NCBI GenBank assembly: GCA_964510015.1
Contig: CAZEAA010000002.1
Span: forward strand, 427-64,426
Reading direction: 5' to 3'
DNA length: 64,000 nucleotides
Source: an uncultured Sandaracinaceae bacterium
Lineage (GTDB): Bacteria > Myxococcota_A > Polyangia > Polyangiales > Houyiibacteriaceae
Positions within the stretch are counted from its first letter, which is position 1. Each line of letters opens with the position of its first letter. A model generated the notes under the pieces. The model was not told the DNA's origin. It saw only the letters and a program-made list of their open reading frames with translations, and searched no databases. Below are positions 25,935 to 35,184 of this stretch, piece by piece. The translations under genes and the position numbers were made by a program.

Positions 25935-28602
25935 ACGTGTCGTCTTGGTCGATGGGAGCGCGCTGCTCTACCGCGCGTTCTTCGCGCTGCCCAGCAGTCT
26001 CGCTACTTCGGCCGGCGTGCCCACCAACGCCACGTTCGGCTTCGCCCAGATGTGTCGCAAGGTCTTCGCGGGGAAGCGCCCGAGCTTCGGCGCCGTGGTG
26101 TTCGATGCGCCCGGAGCGACCTTCCGCGAGGAGCGCTTCCCCGAGTACAAGGCGCAGCGGCCGTCCATGCCCGCGGAGCTGCGCGCGCAGCTCGACGACG
26201 TGGACCGCGTGGTGCGCGTCTTCGGGCTGCCCAACCTGCGGGTGAGCGGCTACGAGGCCGACGACGTGATCGCCACGCTCACGCGCGACGCGCTCGAGGC
26301 AGGGCACGAGGTGCACATCGTGTCGGGCGACAAGGACTTTGCGCAGCTGGTGGGGGACCACGTGCGGCTCGTGGACACCATGCGCGACGTCACCTACGAC
26401 GCCGAGCTGGTCCGCAAGAAGTGGGGCGTGCCGCCCGCGCAGATGCGCGACTACCAGGCGCTGGTGGGCGACAAGATCGACAACGTGCCCGGTGTGCCGG
26501 GGATCGGGCAGAAGACCGCGGTCACGTTGCTCGAGCGCTTCGGCACGCTCGAGGGCGTGCTCGCGGGCACCGCCGAGCTGAAGGGCAAGCAGCGCGAGAA
26601 CCTCGAGACGTTCGCCGACCAGGCGCGCTTGTCGCTCGAGCTGGTGACGCTCGACGCGCACGCTCCCTTGCCGCTCACGCTGGCCGAGACGCGCCTCGCC
26701 GAGCCCGACCCGAGCGTGGTGAACGCGGTCTTCCGCGAGCTGGAGTTCTTCTCGCTGCTGGGGGCCGAGGCGCCCGCCGCGGGTGCGGCCGAGGTCACTG
26801 CCGACGTGGCCATCGCGGAGAGCGCCGAGGCCCTGCTCGCGTTTCGCAGCGCGGCCTCCGGCGGGTGCGCCCTCTTCGCCCTCTACGCGGGGCCCACGCC
26901 AGCGGCCGCGGAGCTCTACGGCGTGGCGCTCGCCGCGGGGACCGACGCGCTCTTCGTACCCGTGGGCGGCGCCGACCCCGACGCCACGAACGACGCGGGC
27001 TCGCCGTTGCGCGCGGCGTTGGCCAGCGCGCTCGCCGACGCGAGCTGGCCGAAGCGCGTGCACGACGCGCGCGACACCCAGACGGTGCTCACCGCCCACA
27101 ACCTCCCACTCGCCGGCGTGGTGCTCGACACGCAGCTCGCGTCCTATCTCATCGACCCCACGGCCAACTTGCCGCACGAGCTCGAGCAGGTGACGCGGGC
27201 GTTCCTGCAGCGCGTGCTGCCCAGCCTGGCAGCGCCGGAGGGAGGCGCCGCCAAGCGCGCGCGCCCCACGCCCGCCGACGCTGATCCGCGTGCTCGCGGC
27301 GCCTTTGCGTGCTCGCGTGCGCTGGCCATCGAGGAGCTCAGCGCGCCGCTCGAGGCGTCGCTGAACGACCAGGACCAGGCGCGCGTGATGCGCGACCTGG
27401 AGCTGCCGCTCTCGCAGGTGCTGGCCGACATGCAGTTGGCCGGGGTGCGCGTGGACGCCGACGCCCTGTCGCGGCTCAGCACCGAGTTCGAGCAACGCAA
27501 GGCCGTCATCGAGGCCGAGATCTTCGCGCTGGCTGGCCGCACGTTCAACCTCGCGTCGCCCAAGCAGCTGGGCGAGGTGCTCTTCGACGAGCTGAAGCTG
27601 CCCATCCAGAAGCGCACCAAGACGGGCTACAGCACGGACGCGGAGGTGCTCGAGCGCCTGGCCCCGAAGCACCCCATCGCCGAGAAGATCCTGCGGCAGC
27701 GCGAGCTGGCCAAGCTGATCAACACCTACACCGAGGTGCTGCGCGCCGCCATCGACCCGCGCACGGGGCGTGTGCACTGCACCTTCCAGCAGACGGTCAG
27801 CTCGTCGGGCCGCCTGATCACCACCGAGCCCGACCTGCAGCGCACGCCCATCCGCGGCGAAGACGGGAAGCGCATCCGCGCGGCGTTCCTGCCCCGTGAC
27901 GGCTGGGTGATGGTCTCCGCCGACTGGAGCCAGATCGAGCTGCGTCTCCTGGCGCACCTCTCGGAGGACCCCGCGCTGATGCAGGCCTTCCGGGACGAGG
28001 TGGACGTGCACCGGCGCACAGCCTCCGAGATCTTTCGCTGCGCCCCCAGCGAGGTGGACCGCGTGCAGCGCAACGTGGGCAAGACCGTGAACTTCGCCAC
28101 CATCTACGGCCAGGGGGCCACGGCGCTCGCGCAGGGGCTGGGTGTCGCGCGCAGCGAGGCCAAGGCCTACATCGACCGCTACTTCGAGGTCTACGGCGGC
28201 GTGCGCACGTGGCTCGACCAGAGCATCGCGGGGGCTCACCAGAACGGCTACGTGGACACCATGCTGGGCCGTCGGCGCAGGATCCCGGAGCTCACCAGCG
28301 GTGACCCGGCCACGCGTTCCTACGGCGAGCGCATCGCGGCGAACACGCCCATCCAGGGCTCGGCCGCGGACCTCTGCAAGCTGGCCATGCTGGGTATCGC
28401 GCGGCGCCTGCGCGAAGACGACCTCGCCGCGGCGATGGTGCTGCAGATCCACGACGAGCTGCTGTTCGAGGTGGCGCCGGAGGACCTCGAGCGCTTGGTG
28501 CCCATCGTGCGCCACGAGATGGAGCAGGTGTGGCCGGCGCTGCGCGTGCCGCTGGTGGTGGACCTGGGGCACGGCAAGTCGTGGGAAGAGGCGCACGGAT
28601 GA
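25924..28602 (+). CDS. polA: DNA polymerase I
   Basis: Track ORF, 892 aa. It has a 5'-nuclease N-terminus (VLVDGSALLYRAFFALP), a pol domain with motif A (SADWSQIELRLLAH) and motif B (RRTASEIF...KTVNFATIYG), and QIHDELLFE. Confidence 0.95.
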   Translation: MARERVVLVDGSALLYRAFFALPSSLATSAGVPTNATFGFAQMCRKVFAGKRPSFGAVVFDAPGATFREERFPEYKAQRPSMPAELRAQLDDVDRVVRVFGLPNLRVSGYEADDVIATLTRDALEAGHEVHIVSGDKDFAQLVGDHVRLVDTMRDVTYDAELVRKKWGVPPAQMRDYQALVGDKIDNVPGVPGIGQKTAVTLLERFGTLEGVLAGTAELKGKQRENLETFADQARLSLELVTLDAHAPLPLTLAETRLAEPDPSVVNAVFRELEFFSLLGAEAPAAGAAEVTADVAIAESAEALLAFRSAASGGCALFALYAGPTPAAAELYGVALAAGTDALFVPVGGADPDATNDAGSPLRAALASALADASWPKRVHDARDTQTVLTAHNLPLAGVVLDTQLASYLIDPTANLPHELEQVTRAFLQRVLPSLAAPEGGAAKRARPTPADADPRARGAFACSRALAIEELSAPLEASLNDQDQARVMRDLELPLSQVLADMQLAGVRVDADALSRLSTEFEQRKAVIEAEIFALAGRTFNLASPKQLGEVLFDELKLPIQKRTKTGYSTDAEVLERLAPKHPIAEKILRQRELAKLINTYTEVLRAAIDPRTGRVHCTFQQTVSSSGRLITTEPDLQRTPIRGEDGKRIRAAFLPRDGWVMVSADWSQIELRLLAHLSEDPALMQAFRDEVDVHRRTASEIFRCAPSEVDRVQRNVGKTVNFATIYGQGATALAQGLGVARSEAKAYIDRYFEVYGGVRTWLDQSIAGAHQNGYVDTMLGRRRRIPELTSGDPATRSYGERIAANTPIQGSAADLCKLAMLGIARRLREDDLAAAMVLQIHDELLFEVAPEDLERLVPIVRHEMEQVWPALRVPLVVDLGHGKSWEEAHG

Positions 28603-29744
28603 AGGTGACGCGTGTGCACGGGGTAGCGGCTATTTCCGCAGCCACCTGGGACAGCCTCGCGGGCGAAGACGACCCGTTCGCCGAGCACGCGTTCCTGTCC
28701 ACGCTCGAGAACTCGGGCTCGGTGGGTGGTGACTCGGGCTGGGACGCGGAGCACGTCCTGGTGCACGATGGGGGTCAGCTGGTGGGGGCCCTGCCCCTCT
28801 ATCGCAAGCAGCACAGCTACGGCGAGTACATCTTCGACTTCGCGTGGGCGAACGCGTCGTCGCGGATCGGTGCGCCGTACTACCCGAAGCTGGTGGGCAT
28901 GACGCCGCTCACGCCGGCCACGGGCACACGCCTCCTGGTGCACCCCGAGGCCGATCGCCCGGCCGTAGTGCGTGCCCTGCTGGACGGCGCGATCGCTGGC
29001 GCCGAGGCGCTGCGGGCGTCGTCCATCCACCTCAACTTCCTGAGCGCGCGCGAAGCCGAGGACGTGGCCGCCCACGGCGGGTTCCTGCCCCGCACCACGC
29101 ATCAGTTCCACTTCCACAACGACGGCTACCGCGACTTCGAGGACTTCGTGGCGCGCTTTCGCTCGTCCATGCGCAAGAAGCTCCGCAAGGAGCGGCGCGC
29201 CGTGACCGACAGCGGACTCGACGTGGGCGTGTGCACCGGCGACGCGCTGTCGGCGGAGGACTGGTCGCTGCTGCGCACGTTCTATCTCGACACCTGCTGG
29301 CGCAAGGGCAGCGAGCCCTACTTGAGCGAGCGGTTCTTCACGTTGCTGGCCGAGCGCTGCGCGCACCGCGTGGTGGTGGGCTACGCCCGACGTAACGGTT
29401 CGCTCGTGGCCGCGTCTCTCAACTTCGAGAAAGGCAAGCACCTGTACGGCCGCTACTGGGGCTGTGACGAGAGCCACGAGATGCTGCACTTCGAGCTCTG
29501 CTACTACCAGCTGATCGACCGTGCCATCACGCGCGGGCTCACGCGCTTCGAGGCGGGCGCGCAGGGCACCCACAAGGTGCGGCGCGGTCTCATGCCGAGC
29601 GCCATCCACAGCGCGCACTTCATTCGCAACCCCGTGCTGCGCGACGCCGTGGCCGACTACCTCCCGCGTGAGCGCGCGGGCGTGCTGCACGAGATGGAGG
29701 CGCTGGCGGAGCACGGTCCGTTCCGCCGCGGAGACGAAGAATGA
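28599..29744 (+). CDS. FemAB-like/GNAT-fold protein (DUF482, COG3146-like)
   Basis: Real part of track ORF 28530..29744. ATG 28599 overlaps the polA TGA (ATGA). GYRDFEDFVARFRSSMRKKLRKERR and HFELCYYQ resemble this family from memory. Confidence 0.6.
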   Translation: MKVTRVHGVAAISAATWDSLAGEDDPFAEHAFLSTLENSGSVGGDSGWDAEHVLVHDGGQLVGALPLYRKQHSYGEYIFDFAWANASSRIGAPYYPKLVGMTPLTPATGTRLLVHPEADRPAVVRALLDGAIAGAEALRASSIHLNFLSAREAEDVAAHGGFLPRTTHQFHFHNDGYRDFEDFVARFRSSMRKKLRKERRAVTDSGLDVGVCTGDALSAEDWSLLRTFYLDTCWRKGSEPYLSERFFTLLAERCAHRVVVGYARRNGSLVAASLNFEKGKHLYGRYWGCDESHEMLHFELCYYQLIDRAITRGLTRFEAGAQGTHKVRRGLMPSAIHSAHFIRNPVLRDAVADYLPRERAGVLHEMEALAEHGPFRRGDEE

Positions 29745-30955
29745 CGTTCGGGCTCTACACCCTGTTCGCGTACCTGGGTTCCGTCGGCGCCGCGTGGGTG
29801 CTGCGCAACAAGTTCTTCGCCATCTTCATGGGCGTGCTGCTGGGCCTCGAGAGCCTCGTGGCCACGGCGTACGCGCCGTTCGTGGGTGGGCTCTTCCCCG
29901 TGTTCGTCTTCCTGCACGTCACGGTCTTCATCCAGGTGCTCTCGCTCCTGCGGCCTGCGCTCCGGCCCTTCGCGTTCCGTGCGCTGATCAGCTGGCCCGC
30001 CTACTTCTTCCTGGCAGCCATGCTGCTCGGCGTGTTCTGGCTGCCGGTGCTGCTGCTGGCCAGCGCGCCCGGGTCGCTGCCCGTCCAGGTCATCCTCAGC
30101 GTGCCCTTCGTGCTGGCGGCCATCGGGATGTGGCAGTCGCTCGTGGGGCGCGAGTCGCTCGTCCCCGTGTCGCTGATGGACGCGCTCGAGGGTGACGGCG
30201 ACGTGGTCATGCGGCACGTGCCCCCGGCGCCCGGTCATGCCGCGGCGCGGCCGCTGCGCATCGTGCAGATCACGGATCCGCACCTCGGCCCCTTCATGAG
30301 CGTGCCGCGCTTGAAGCGCATCGCGCAGCGCGCGGTGGACCGCCAGCCCGACCTGATCGTGCTGACCGGGGACTTCCTCACCATGGAGTCGCAGGCGCGC
30401 GAGGACTATCTGGCGGAGGCCTTCTCGCCGCTGGCCGCGCTCGAGGGGCGCGTCTACGCGTGCCTGGGCAACCACGACCACGAGGCGCTGCACATCGTGA
30501 AGAACGCGCTGGCGCGCGCCAAGGTGCGCCTGCTGGTGGACCAGAGCGAGCTGGTGGAGACGCCCGCCGGCCTCGTGCAGGTGGTGGGCGCGGACTACCA
30601 CTTCCAGGGTCGCCACGAGCAGCTGACGCGGCTGGCCACGGCCAACCCGCGCGTGCCCGGTGCGTTTCGGCTGTGGCTGCTGCACGACCCGGGCGCCTTC
30701 CGGCGCATCCCCGTGGGCGACGCGGACCTGGTGCTCAGCGGTCACACGCACGGCGGTCAGGTGGGCTTGCTCTCCCTCGGTGGCAGCTGGACGCCGGTGT
30801 GGTCCATCGCGAAGATCCCCGACCACGGCCTCTTCGCGCGCGGCCGCGACCGCCTCTACATCCACCGCGGCACGGGCCACTACGGCTTCCCGCTGCGCTT
30901 GGGCGTGCCGTCCGAGCAGAGCCTGCTCGAGGTGTACTTCCAGGCGCGCACCTGA
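29741..30955 (+). CDS. Membrane-anchored metallophosphoesterase
   Basis: Track ORF, 404 aa with an ATGA overlap upstream. It has four to five N-terminal TM helices. Motifs are DPHLG, GDFL, GNHDHE and GHTHGGQ. Confidence 0.8.
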   Translation: MTFGLYTLFAYLGSVGAAWVLRNKFFAIFMGVLLGLESLVATAYAPFVGGLFPVFVFLHVTVFIQVLSLLRPALRPFAFRALISWPAYFFLAAMLLGVFWLPVLLLASAPGSLPVQVILSVPFVLAAIGMWQSLVGRESLVPVSLMDALEGDGDVVMRHVPPAPGHAAARPLRIVQITDPHLGPFMSVPRLKRIAQRAVDRQPDLIVLTGDFLTMESQAREDYLAEAFSPLAALEGRVYACLGNHDHEALHIVKNALARAKVRLLVDQSELVETPAGLVQVVGADYHFQGRHEQLTRLATANPRVPGAFRLWLLHDPGAFRRIPVGDADLVLSGHTHGGQVGLLSLGGSWTPVWSIAKIPDHGLFARGRDRLYIHRGTGHYGFPLRLGVPSEQSLLEVYFQART

Positions 30956-30966
30956 GCGGACCGCGG

Positions 30967-31698
30967 CTACGCCGACAGCTGCCGCCCTCGAGGGACGGCC
31001 AGCATGTACCGCAGCGCGTGGCGCAGGCGCTCCTTCGCGTCCTCTTCGACGACCACGCCGTGGGCCATCACCAAGCGCGTGAAGTCGAGCGCCATGACCC
31101 GCTCGAGGCTCTGTCGGGTGGCCTCGCGGTCGCGCACCATGAAGCGCAGCTCGAGCCCCTGGGCGAGCTTCTGGTGAGCGCCCACTAGGCGCAGGATCAG
31201 CCCCGTGAGCAGGCCCTGCGTGGGGCCCAGCACGTGGAACACCAGGTCGGTCACCACCAGCGTGCGCGAAGGAGCATGAAAGAAGAGGGTCTCGTCGAGC
31301 GCCGGCATTCCCTCCACGGGGATGGCCTGCACGTCGCGGGGCATGCCCTCGGGCAGGGCTAGGTGCGAAGGGACCGCGCGGCCCAGCTTGCCGAGCTTCG
31401 CCGGGAGGCCACCGGCCAGGTGCACCTGCGCGTCCGGCCAGCGCGCTGCCGCGTCACCCACGAAGAGGTGATGGAACTTGTTGGGCGAGACGATGTGCGT
31501 CACCCGCCCCAGCGCCGAGACGCGCGCGGCGAGCGCGTCGTCCATGCGCAGCGGCGAGATCACCATCAGCTCGCCCGAGCCAACACCCAGCAGCGTGGAG
31601 CGTATGGGCAGGTGAAACCCCGGGGCCACGCGCAGGTGGCTCTCGAGGGCGTGGACGTCATCGGCGAGGCGGACGAGCTCGGTCATGTGGCCTTCCAT
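30967..31698 (-). CDS. DUF4336-like protein (metallo-beta-lactamase-fold relative)
   Basis: Track ORF, 243 aa. VSPNKFHHLFVGD and the overall pattern recall DUF4336. It lies 25 nt downstream of cheB on the same strand. Confidence 0.45.
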   Translation of the reverse strand: MEGHMTELVRLADDVHALESHLRVAPGFHLPIRSTLLGVGSGELMVISPLRMDDALAARVSALGRVTHIVSPNKFHHLFVGDAAARWPDAQVHLAGGLPAKLGKLGRAVPSHLALPEGMPRDVQAIPVEGMPALDETLFFHAPSRTLVVTDLVFHVLGPTQGLLTGLILRLVGAHQKLAQGLELRFMVRDREATRQSLERVMALDFTRLVMAHGVVVEEDAKERLRHALRYMLAVPRGRQLSA

Positions 31699-31723
31699 GG
31701 TGCCGGAGGGACCGGCACACGGG

Positions 31724-32845
31724 TCATGGGCTCAGTGACGTTCGTCGTCCACGGAGGGACCGCTCGATGGCGTGGCCAACTCGGTCGATATGGAGGATCT
31801 CGTCCGCGGCGCCCGCCTCGGCGGCGGCTCGCGGCATGCCGTAGATCACGCTCGAGCCTTCGTCCTGCGCGATGGTTCGGTGACCGGCACGCCGCATGGC
31901 CAGCAGCCCCTTCGCGCCGTCCCGCCCCATGCCGGTCAAGAGCACCCCGACCGCGGTCCCGCGATGATGCATGGCGACGCTCTCGAAGAAGACGTCCACC
32001 GAGGGCCGGTAGGGGTAGTCGCGCGGCTCGGCGATGTAGTCGAGGCGCCCGTCCGACCCGACCCGCAGGTGGTCGCTGGTGGCCGCCAGCAGGGCCTCCC
32101 CGACGCGCAGCGAGTCGCCCGCTCTCGCGAGGCTCACGGGGAACCCCGAGCTCTGCGCAATCCACGCTGCGATCGTTCCGGCGAACGACTCGTCAACGTG
32201 CTGAACGATGACGATCCCGCCGGGGAATGGCCGCTCCAGGGAGGCCAGCACACGGCTCACGGCGTTCGGGCCGCCCGTCGAAGCGCCAATCGCCACCATG
32301 GCCGGCACGTGCCCTCGCGCGCCCACGATCAGCGAGCCGCCGGCGCTCGCAGGGGGCTCGGACGACGGGCGGCGTGCCGGAACGTTCGCCGTCGCGGAAG
32401 CTGGCAGTGCCGCCTCGCTCCGCGCGCGGTCGGCGGCGCGACGAGCGCCGAGGCGGGCCGCGAGCGCGAGCTTGCGCACCAGCGACGACACCCCGTGCAG
32501 CACCGAGGAGCCATCGAGCCACGGCATGTCCACCACGTCGAGCGCGCCCTCTTCCATGGCGTCGTAGACCTCGTTCACCCGCTCTCCGCGCCCCGTGCGG
32601 ACCAAGAGCACGGCGGCGCGGCACTCGGCGTCGAGGCGCTTCACCGTCGCGGCAGCAGTCGGCCCCGGGAGGTCCACCGAGAGCAGCACCACGGAGACGG
32701 CCTCGGCCCCGGCCCGGCGCACGGCGTCGGCGGCGTCTCGCGCGCTCCAGGCGACGACGTGATCGGGCAGGGACTCCACGGCCTTCCGGAGCACCTCGAT
32801 GGCCGACGACGAGGGATGGGCGATCCCGACGCGCGTCACGGTCAC
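31724..32845 (-). CDS. cheB: Chemotaxis methylesterase CheB/WspF-like with degenerate receiver domain
   Basis: Real part of track ORF 31724..33283. GTG 32845 overlaps the cheY TGA (GTGA). The catalytic regions are AIGASTGGPNA, IVIVQHV and LTGMGRDGAKG. The REC-like N-terminus lacks the DD pair (IAHPSSS) and the conserved Lys (VVDMP). Confidence 0.8.
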   Translation of the reverse strand: MTVTRVGIAHPSSSAIEVLRKAVESLPDHVVAWSARDAADAVRRAGAEAVSVVLLSVDLPGPTAAATVKRLDAECRAAVLLVRTGRGERVNEVYDAMEEGALDVVDMPWLDGSSVLHGVSSLVRKLALAARLGARRAADRARSEAALPASATANVPARRPSSEPPASAGGSLIVGARGHVPAMVAIGASTGGPNAVSRVLASLERPFPGGIVIVQHVDESFAGTIAAWIAQSSGFPVSLARAGDSLRVGEALLAATSDHLRVGSDGRLDYIAEPRDYPYRPSVDVFFESVAMHHRGTAVGVLLTGMGRDGAKGLLAMRRAGHRTIAQDEGSSVIYGMPRAAAEAGAADEILHIDRVGHAIERSLRGRRTSLSP

Positions 32846-33246
32846 GACGGCCCCCCGATCAGCTCTTCCACCGCGCGGGCCAGTGTCTCGTCGTGAAAGC
32901 TGGTCTTGCCGAGGTAGTAGTCCGCGCCGGCTTCGAGGCCGCGCATGCGGTCGGCGTCGCGCTCCTTGTAGGAGACGATCATCACGGGCAGCACCCTCAG
33001 GCGAGGGTGATCCTTGATGGCGCGCGTCAGCTCGAGCCCGTTCATGCGCGGCATGTCCACGTCGGTGATCACCAGGTCGAACTCGCCCGCGCGCACGGCG
33101 TTCCAGCCGTCGGCGCCGTCGGTGGCGACCACCACCTCGTAGCCCCGGTTCTCGAGGATCTGCCGCTCCACTTCGCGGACCGTGATGGAGTCGTCCACCA
33201 CCAGCACGCGCTTCCGGGTGCGGGCACGGCTGTCGTCCACCGACAC
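32842..33246 (-). CDS. cheY: CheY-like receiver (corresponds to the C-terminal REC of WspE)
   Basis: Track ORF, 134 aa with a GTG start. Motifs are VLVVDDS, DLVITDVDMPRMNG and IVSYK. It is in the same frame as cheA, separated from it by TAG plus 12 codons. Confidence 0.8.
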   Translation of the reverse strand: MSVDDSRARTRKRVLVVDDSITVREVERQILENRGYEVVVATDGADGWNAVRAGEFDLVITDVDMPRMNGLELTRAIKDHPRLRVLPVMIVSYKERDADRMRGLEAGADYYLGKTSFHDETLARAVEELIGGPS

Positions 33247-33282
33247 GAGTCGCGGGCGCCCCCGCCGCGCGAGCGAAGCACA

Positions 33283-35184
33283 CTAGCGCGCGAGGTCGTC
33301 CACGTCGAGCACTACGATGGGGCTCCCGTCGCGTCCCATCGCGATGGCCACCACGTCCTGCACGCGTCCGAGCCGCGGGTCGAGCGGACGCACGACCAGC
33401 TCGAGCTCGCCGACGATGCGATCCACCACGAGGCCGAAGCGGTCTTGCCGGTCGCCGATGACGACCACGTCGAGCGCGTCTTCCCGAGCGACCCCCTGGC
33501 CCAGCTCGAGCACCTCGGCCAGCGTCACCAGTCCGACCGGGTGGCCGTCCACCATCATCTGCTCGCGACCCTCGATGGTGGACACCTGCTCGCTCGAGCC
33601 GCGCACCACGCGCTCCACACGGTGCAGCGCGATGGCGTGCGGGGAGCCCGCCACCTCGATGTGGAGGCAGCGAACGACGGAGCGCGTGAGGGGCAGCTCG
33701 AGCTCGAAGCGGGTGCCCACGCCGAGGTGCGAGACGATGCGCACGTCGCCTCCCACCTCTCGGACGGTGCTCTGGACGACGTCGAGCCCGACGCCGCGCC
33801 CCGAGAGCTCGCTGACCGCGTCCCGTGTGGAGAAGCCTGGTAGGAACAGGAACTCGAGCAGCTCGCGGGTGTCGAGATTTGCGGCGCTCGCGGCGGGCGC
33901 GAACCCTCGCTCCGCGATCCGCGCGCGGATCTTCTCGACGTCGATGCCCCGACCGTCATCGCTGATGGCGACGGCCAGCAGGCCCGCGCGATGGCGGGCT
34001 TCGATGCGCAGCGTGCCCGTCTCGCCCTTGCCCTTCGCCACGCGCTCCGCGGGCGTCTCGAGCCCATGATCCACGGCGTTGCGCAGCAAGTGCCCGAGCG
34101 GCGCGTCGAGCTTCTCGAGGATGTCGCGGTCGACGCCGACCGCCCCGCCCACGATCTCGAGCTTCACCTCCTTGCCCAGCGCACGACCCAGGTCGCGCAC
34201 CACCCGCGGGTACTTCGAGGCACCCTCGTCGAGTGGGCGCATGCGGGAGGCCAGCACCTCGCGATGCAGCCGCGAGGCGAGATCGTGGGAGCGCCGGGTC
34301 TCGTCCTCGAGCGTGTCCAGGCGCTCGGTCACCGCCTGAGCGAGCTCACTCGAGCGTTGGCGCGCTTCGTCCACCAGGCCCAGCGCGAGCGGCGCGCCCC
34401 GCAGCAGGTCGTGAAGCTCATCGAGCACCTCCCCGAGGCCGAGGTGCCGCGTGCGGGTCTCGCGGAGCTCGTCGACGGCGCCTTGGAGCCGGCCCGACGC
34501 CACCAGCGTCTCGCTGGCCAGGTTGAGCACCCTGCTCATGCTCTCGGCGGCCACGCGAATGACCCGCTCACGCGCCTCGGCCGCCGGCGCAGGACGGGCG
34601 TTGTCGGGCTCGTTCGGTGCGGCCGGCTCGACCGCGCTGGGCCGTGGGGAGGCTGCACGGGGAGGGTCGGTCACCGCGGACGCATGTCCGGGAGCCGGCC
34701 CCACCGGGGTTGCGTGGACCGCTGTCGATGGAGGCGGCACGGGTGGCTCGGGCGTGGCAGGCAACGGCTGCAGCGGCCCAGGCGCTGTCCGCGCCGTCAC
34801 GAGCGCGGCGACCGCCGCCGTGATGTCGGCCGCCCGCGTGTCCTTGAACGCCTTCGCGGCAGCCTCGTCGCAGGCCGCCAGCTGCCGGAGGAGGTCCACG
34901 CACGCGAGCTCCGCGTCGATGATGCCGCGGTGGACGCGTAGCTCCCCAGCGCGCGCAGCGACGAACACGTCCTCCATCGCGTGCGCGATCTGCACGCCGG
35001 CCTCGAGACCCACGATCTTCGCCGCGCCCTTGATGGAGTGCGCCGCGCGCATCAAGGCGTCCAGCGTGGCGCGGTCGGCGGGTGACGCTTCGAGCGTCAG
35101 CAGGCCCGCGTCGAGGGCGGCCGCGTGGGCATCGAGCTCCTCGCGGAAGAGCTCGAGCAGGCTCATGGCGCCGAAGTCGCTCAT
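33283..35184 (-). CDS. cheA: Chemotaxis histidine kinase CheA/WspE-like (Hpt-dimerisation-HATPase-CheW domain)
   Basis: Real part of track ORF 33283..35736. ATG 35184 overlaps the upstream TGA (ATGA). It has the Hpt motif AAHSIKGAAKIVG, HLLRNAVDHG, DDGRGID, GRGVGLDVV and a C-terminal CheW-like domain. Confidence 0.9.
   Translation of the reverse strand: MSDFGAMSLLELFREELDAHAAALDAGLLTLEASPADRATLDALMRAAHSIKGAAKIVGLEAGVQIAHAMEDVFVAARAGELRVHRGIIDAELACVDLLRQLAACDEAAAKAFKDTRAADITAAVAALVTARTAPGPLQPLPATPEPPVPPPSTAVHATPVGPAPGHASAVTDPPRAASPRPSAVEPAAPNEPDNARPAPAAEARERVIRVAAESMSRVLNLASETLVASGRLQGAVDELRETRTRHLGLGEVLDELHDLLRGAPLALGLVDEARQRSSELAQAVTERLDTLEDETRRSHDLASRLHREVLASRMRPLDEGASKYPRVVRDLGRALGKEVKLEIVGGAVGVDRDILEKLDAPLGHLLRNAVDHGLETPAERVAKGKGETGTLRIEARHRAGLLAVAISDDGRGIDVEKIRARIAERGFAPAASAANLDTRELLEFLFLPGFSTRDAVSELSGRGVGLDVVQSTVREVGGDVRIVSHLGVGTRFELELPLTRSVVRCLHIEVAGSPHAIALHRVERVVRGSSEQVSTIEGREQMMVDGHPVGLVTLAEVLELGQGVAREDALDVVVIGDRQDRFGLVVDRIVGELELVVRPLDPRLGRVQDVVAIAMGRDGSPIVVLDVDDLAR

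Noticed and set aside
25870-28596. 908-aa minus-strand ORF
   Set aside because: It is antisense to DNA polymerase I.
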